The notes under the pieces are model-generated. The model worked only from the letters and a program-made list of their open reading frames with translations, did no database searches and was not told the DNA's origin. From Hypanus sabinus (taxonomy: Eukaryota), in contig NC_082714.1 of the NCBI RefSeq assembly GCF_030144855.1, positions 94,860,001 to 94,924,000 on the forward strand: 64,000 nucleotides of DNA, read 5' to 3'. The position numbers and the translations under genes were made by a program. Positions 60,780 through 64,000 of this stretch are shown here, piece after piece; positions within the stretch are counted from its first letter, which is position 1; each line of letters opens with the position of its first letter.

Positions 60780-63700
60780 TGATGTTCAATAGGCTTAGGC
60801 GGTAACGAGGTGAGGTAGGTTTACCTGTGTGAATTGTGCAAAGGAAGTAGTATGTGTGTGAGACTAGTTTTCTGTGCTGGCTGTCAGATGTGGGAGGTCC
60901 TGGAGTCTCCCAGCGTCCCGAATGGCCATATCTGCATATGGTGTGTCGAGCTACAGCTCCTAAGGGACTGTGTTAGGGAACTGGAAATGCAGCTTGATGA
61001 CCTACGTCTGGTGATAGAAAGGAGTTACAGGCAGGTGGTCACACTGGTGCCGTGGGAGACAGACAAGTGGGTAACAGTCGGGAGAGGGAAGGGGAAGAGT
61101 CAGGCACTAGAGTGTACCACTGTGGCTGTAAACATTGACATTAAGTAATCCTGTTTGAGTATTGTTGGGGGGGGCTTGGGACAGCTTACCTGGGGGAGGA
61201 ACAGTGGCCGTGCCTCTGGCACAGAGTCCGGCCCTGTGGCTCAGTTGGGTAGGGAAAGGAAGAGGAAGGAGGTAGTGATAGGACACTCTATCGTTAGGGG
61301 GTCAGACAATCGATTCTGTGGACGCAGGAAAGAAACTCGGATGGTAGTTTGCCTCCCAGGTGCCACGGTCTGGGATGTTTCAGATCGCGTCGAAGACATC
61401 CTGCAGTGGGAGGGACGACAGCCACAGGTCGTGGTACATATTAGTACCAACGACATAGGTAGGAAAAGGGAAGAGGTCCTGTGAAAAGACTACAGGGAGT
61501 TAGGAAGGAAGTTGAGAAACAGCACTGCAAAGGTAGTAATCTCGGGGTTACTGCCTGTGCCACGCCACAATGAGTATAGGAATAGAATGAGGTGGAGGAT
61601 AAATGCGTGGCTGAGGGATTAGAGCAGGGGACAGGGATTCAGATTTCTGGATCATTGGGACCTCTTTTGGGGCAGGTGTGACCTGTACAAAAAGGACGGG
61701 TTGCACTTGAATACCAGGGGGACCAAAATCCTGGCGGGGACCAAAATCCTAAGGCTACAAGGGAAGGGTTTACACTAGAATTGTTGGGGCGTGGGAACCG
61801 AACTGAAAAGAATGCTGAAGAGGTGGTTGACTCACAAATTGAGAAAGCATGGAGACAGTGTGTGAGGGAGGATAGGCAAGTGATAGAGAAGGGATACACT
61901 CAGAAGGACGGTTTGAGATGTGTCTATTTTAACACAAGGAGTATTGTGAACAAAGCGGATGAGCTTACAGCGTGGATCAGTACTTGGAGCTATGACGGGG
62001 TGGCCATTAGAGACTTGGATGGTTCAGGGACAGGAATGGTTACTTCAAGTGCTGGGTTTTAGATGTTTCAGAAAGGACAGGGAGGGAGGCAAAAGAGGTG
62101 GGGCGTGGCACTGTTGATAGGAGATAGTGTCACGGCTACAAAATAGGTGGACGTCATGGAGGGATTGTCTATAGAGTCTCTGTGGGTGGAGGTTAGGAAC
62201 AGGAAGGGGTCAATAACTTTACAGGGTGTTTTTCATTGGCCGCCCAATATTAACAGGGATATTGAGGAGCAGATAGGGAAACAGATCCTGGAAAGGTGTA
62301 ATAATAAGAGTTTCCCAAGTATCAATTGGCATCTCCCTAGAGCAAGGGGTTTAGATGGGGTGGAGTTTGTTAGGTGTGTTCAGGAAGGTTTCTTGACACA
62401 ATGTGTATATAAGCCTACAAGAGGAGAGACTGTACTTGTTTTGGTATTGGGAAATGAACCTGGCCAGGTGTCAGATCGCTCAGTGGGAGAGCATCTTGGG
62501 GATAGTGATCATACACCTGATAAAGATGTATAAGGTGATGAGAGACATTGGTCGTGTGGGTAGTCAGAGGTTTTTTCCCAGGGCTGAAATGGTTGCCACA
62601 AGAGGACACAGGTTTAAGGTGCTGGGCAGTAGGTACAGAGGAGATGTCAGGGGTAAGGTTTTTACTCAGAGAGTGAGAAGTGTGTAGAATGGGCTGCCGG
62701 AAATGGTGGTGGAGTTGGATACAATAGGGTCTTTTAAGAGACTTTTGGATAAGTAAATGGAGCTCAGAAAAATAGAGGGCTATGGGTAAGCCTAGTAATT
62801 TCTAAGGTAAGGACATGTTCGGTACAACTTTGTAGGCCGAAGGGCCTGTATTTTGCTGTAGGCTTTCTATGCTTCTATAATTCTATCTCCTTTACAATAG
62901 CATTGGAGAGAGATTGGAACAGACAAGTTAGAAAAGCGTATAATTGGAGTAAGGGGAATTATGAGGCTATAACACAGGAAATTGGAAGCTTAAATTGGGA
63001 ACAGATGTTTTCAGAGAAAAGTACAGAAGTAATGTGGGAAATGTTCAGAGGATATTTGTGTGGAGTTCTGCATAGGTACGTTCCAATGAGACAGGGAAGT
63101 TATGGTAGGGTTGTGGTGAACTATGTGCCTGTCTGGACACGCCCCCTTCTGACTGCTCCTGTGGCTCCTCCCACAGGCCCCTGTATAAAGGCGATCGAGG
63201 TCTGATCCTCTGCCTCATTCTCCAGGATGTAATATGATGGTCACTTACTGCTGGTTCCTTCTTCAGTCAATAAAAGCCGATATCTCGCCTTACGTCTCAG
63301 AGTGAGTTATTGATGGTGCATCAAGGGTACAGGAAACGTGGGGTACAAAGGCTGCAATAAATCCAGTCAAGAAAAGAAAAGCTCACAAAAGGTTCAGAGA
63401 GCTAAGTAATGATAGAGATCCAGAAGATTATAAGGCTAACAGGAAGAACTTAAAAGGGAAATTAGGAGAGCCAGAAAAGGCTATGAGAAGGCCTTAGCGG
63501 ACAGGATTAAGGAAACCCCAAGGCATTCTACAAGTATGTGAAGAGCAAGAGGATAAGATTCGAAAGAATAGGCTCTATCAAGTGTGACAGTGGGAAAGTG
63601 TATATGGAACCGGAGGAAATTGCAGAGGGACTTAATGAATACCTTAGTTCAGTATCCACTATGGTAAAGGATCTTGGTAATTGTACTGCTAACTTGCAGT

Positions 63701-64000
63701 AGACTGAAAATAGTGAGCATGTAGCTATTAAAAAAGTGGATGTACTGGAGCTTTTGGAAAGCATCAAATTGTATAAGTCGCCGGGACCAGATGACATGTA
63801 CCCCAGGCTACTGTGGGAGGTGAGGGAGGAGATTGCTGAGCCTCTGGCGATGCTCTTTGAATCATCAATGGGGACGGGAGAAGTTCCGGAGGATTGGAGG
63901 GTTGTGGATGTTTTTCCTTTATTTAAGAAATGGAGTAGATAGCCCTGGAAATTATAGACCAAAGGGTCTTGCTTCAGTGGTTGGTAAGTTGACGGAAAAG
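60780..64000 (+). mobile_element. CR1 LINE 5' portion (ORF1 Cys-rich/coiled coil and GDSL-like esterase, endonuclease, RT start) with nested inserts
   Basis: CAGCQMWEV..HICIWCVELQLLRDCVRELE; VVIGHSIVRG..CLPGA; YFNTRSIVNKADEL; KSPGPDDMYPRLL. A nested CR1 3' end lies at ~62520-62880. Confidence 0.9.
63112..63323 (+). mobile_element. Solo LTR, 212 bp, perfect 5-bp TSD AGGGT
   Basis: TGTGG...CATCA termini, AGGGT at 63107-63111 and 63324-63328, internal TATAAA and AATAAA. Confidence 0.9.

Noticed and set aside
1-64000. CRISPR arrays, rRNA or tRNA genes, prokaryotic operons, RAG or transposase genes
   Set aside because: None seen; the window is vertebrate intergenic DNA dominated by retroelements.

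Overview
Eukaryotic, repeat-rich DNA from a cartilaginous fish, probably a ray or skate. The assignment rests on the Ig isotype, the cluster organisation and the CR1/Rex1/Penelope repeat landscape, and is inference only. The only host genes I can support are two tandem immunoglobulin light-chain mini-clusters on the + strand, about 21.3 kb apart (ATG 882 and ATG 22201). Each is leader - V pre-joined to J (no RSS, no V-J interval) - intron - C, and resembles the chondrichthyan type I / NS5 / sigma-cart isotype. Cluster 1 is intact except that J is 1 nt out of frame at the V-J joint, so it would encode a secreted V-only polypeptide. Cluster 2 has a heavily disabled V-J but an intact leader and C exon. 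The 3' half of the two C exons is almost identical, suggesting gene conversion. About 6.5 kb around each cluster is a segmental duplicate. Copy 2 carries a 3.5-kb 5'-truncated retrovirus-like insertion (tandem RNase H regions, integrase, env-like ORF, LTR; possibly lokiretrovirus-like). The rest is nested mobile DNA: CR1, Rex1/Babar-like, RTE, L1-like and Penelope fragments, an internally deleted Gypsy element, a non-autonomous LTR element with a neighbouring solo LTR, a 212-bp solo LTR, a long-TIR MITE, microsatellites and three N gaps. A few unique islands hold weak candidate orphan exons. No searches were run. Family names come from recognised motifs, and most TE borders are approximate unless a target-site duplication is quoted.
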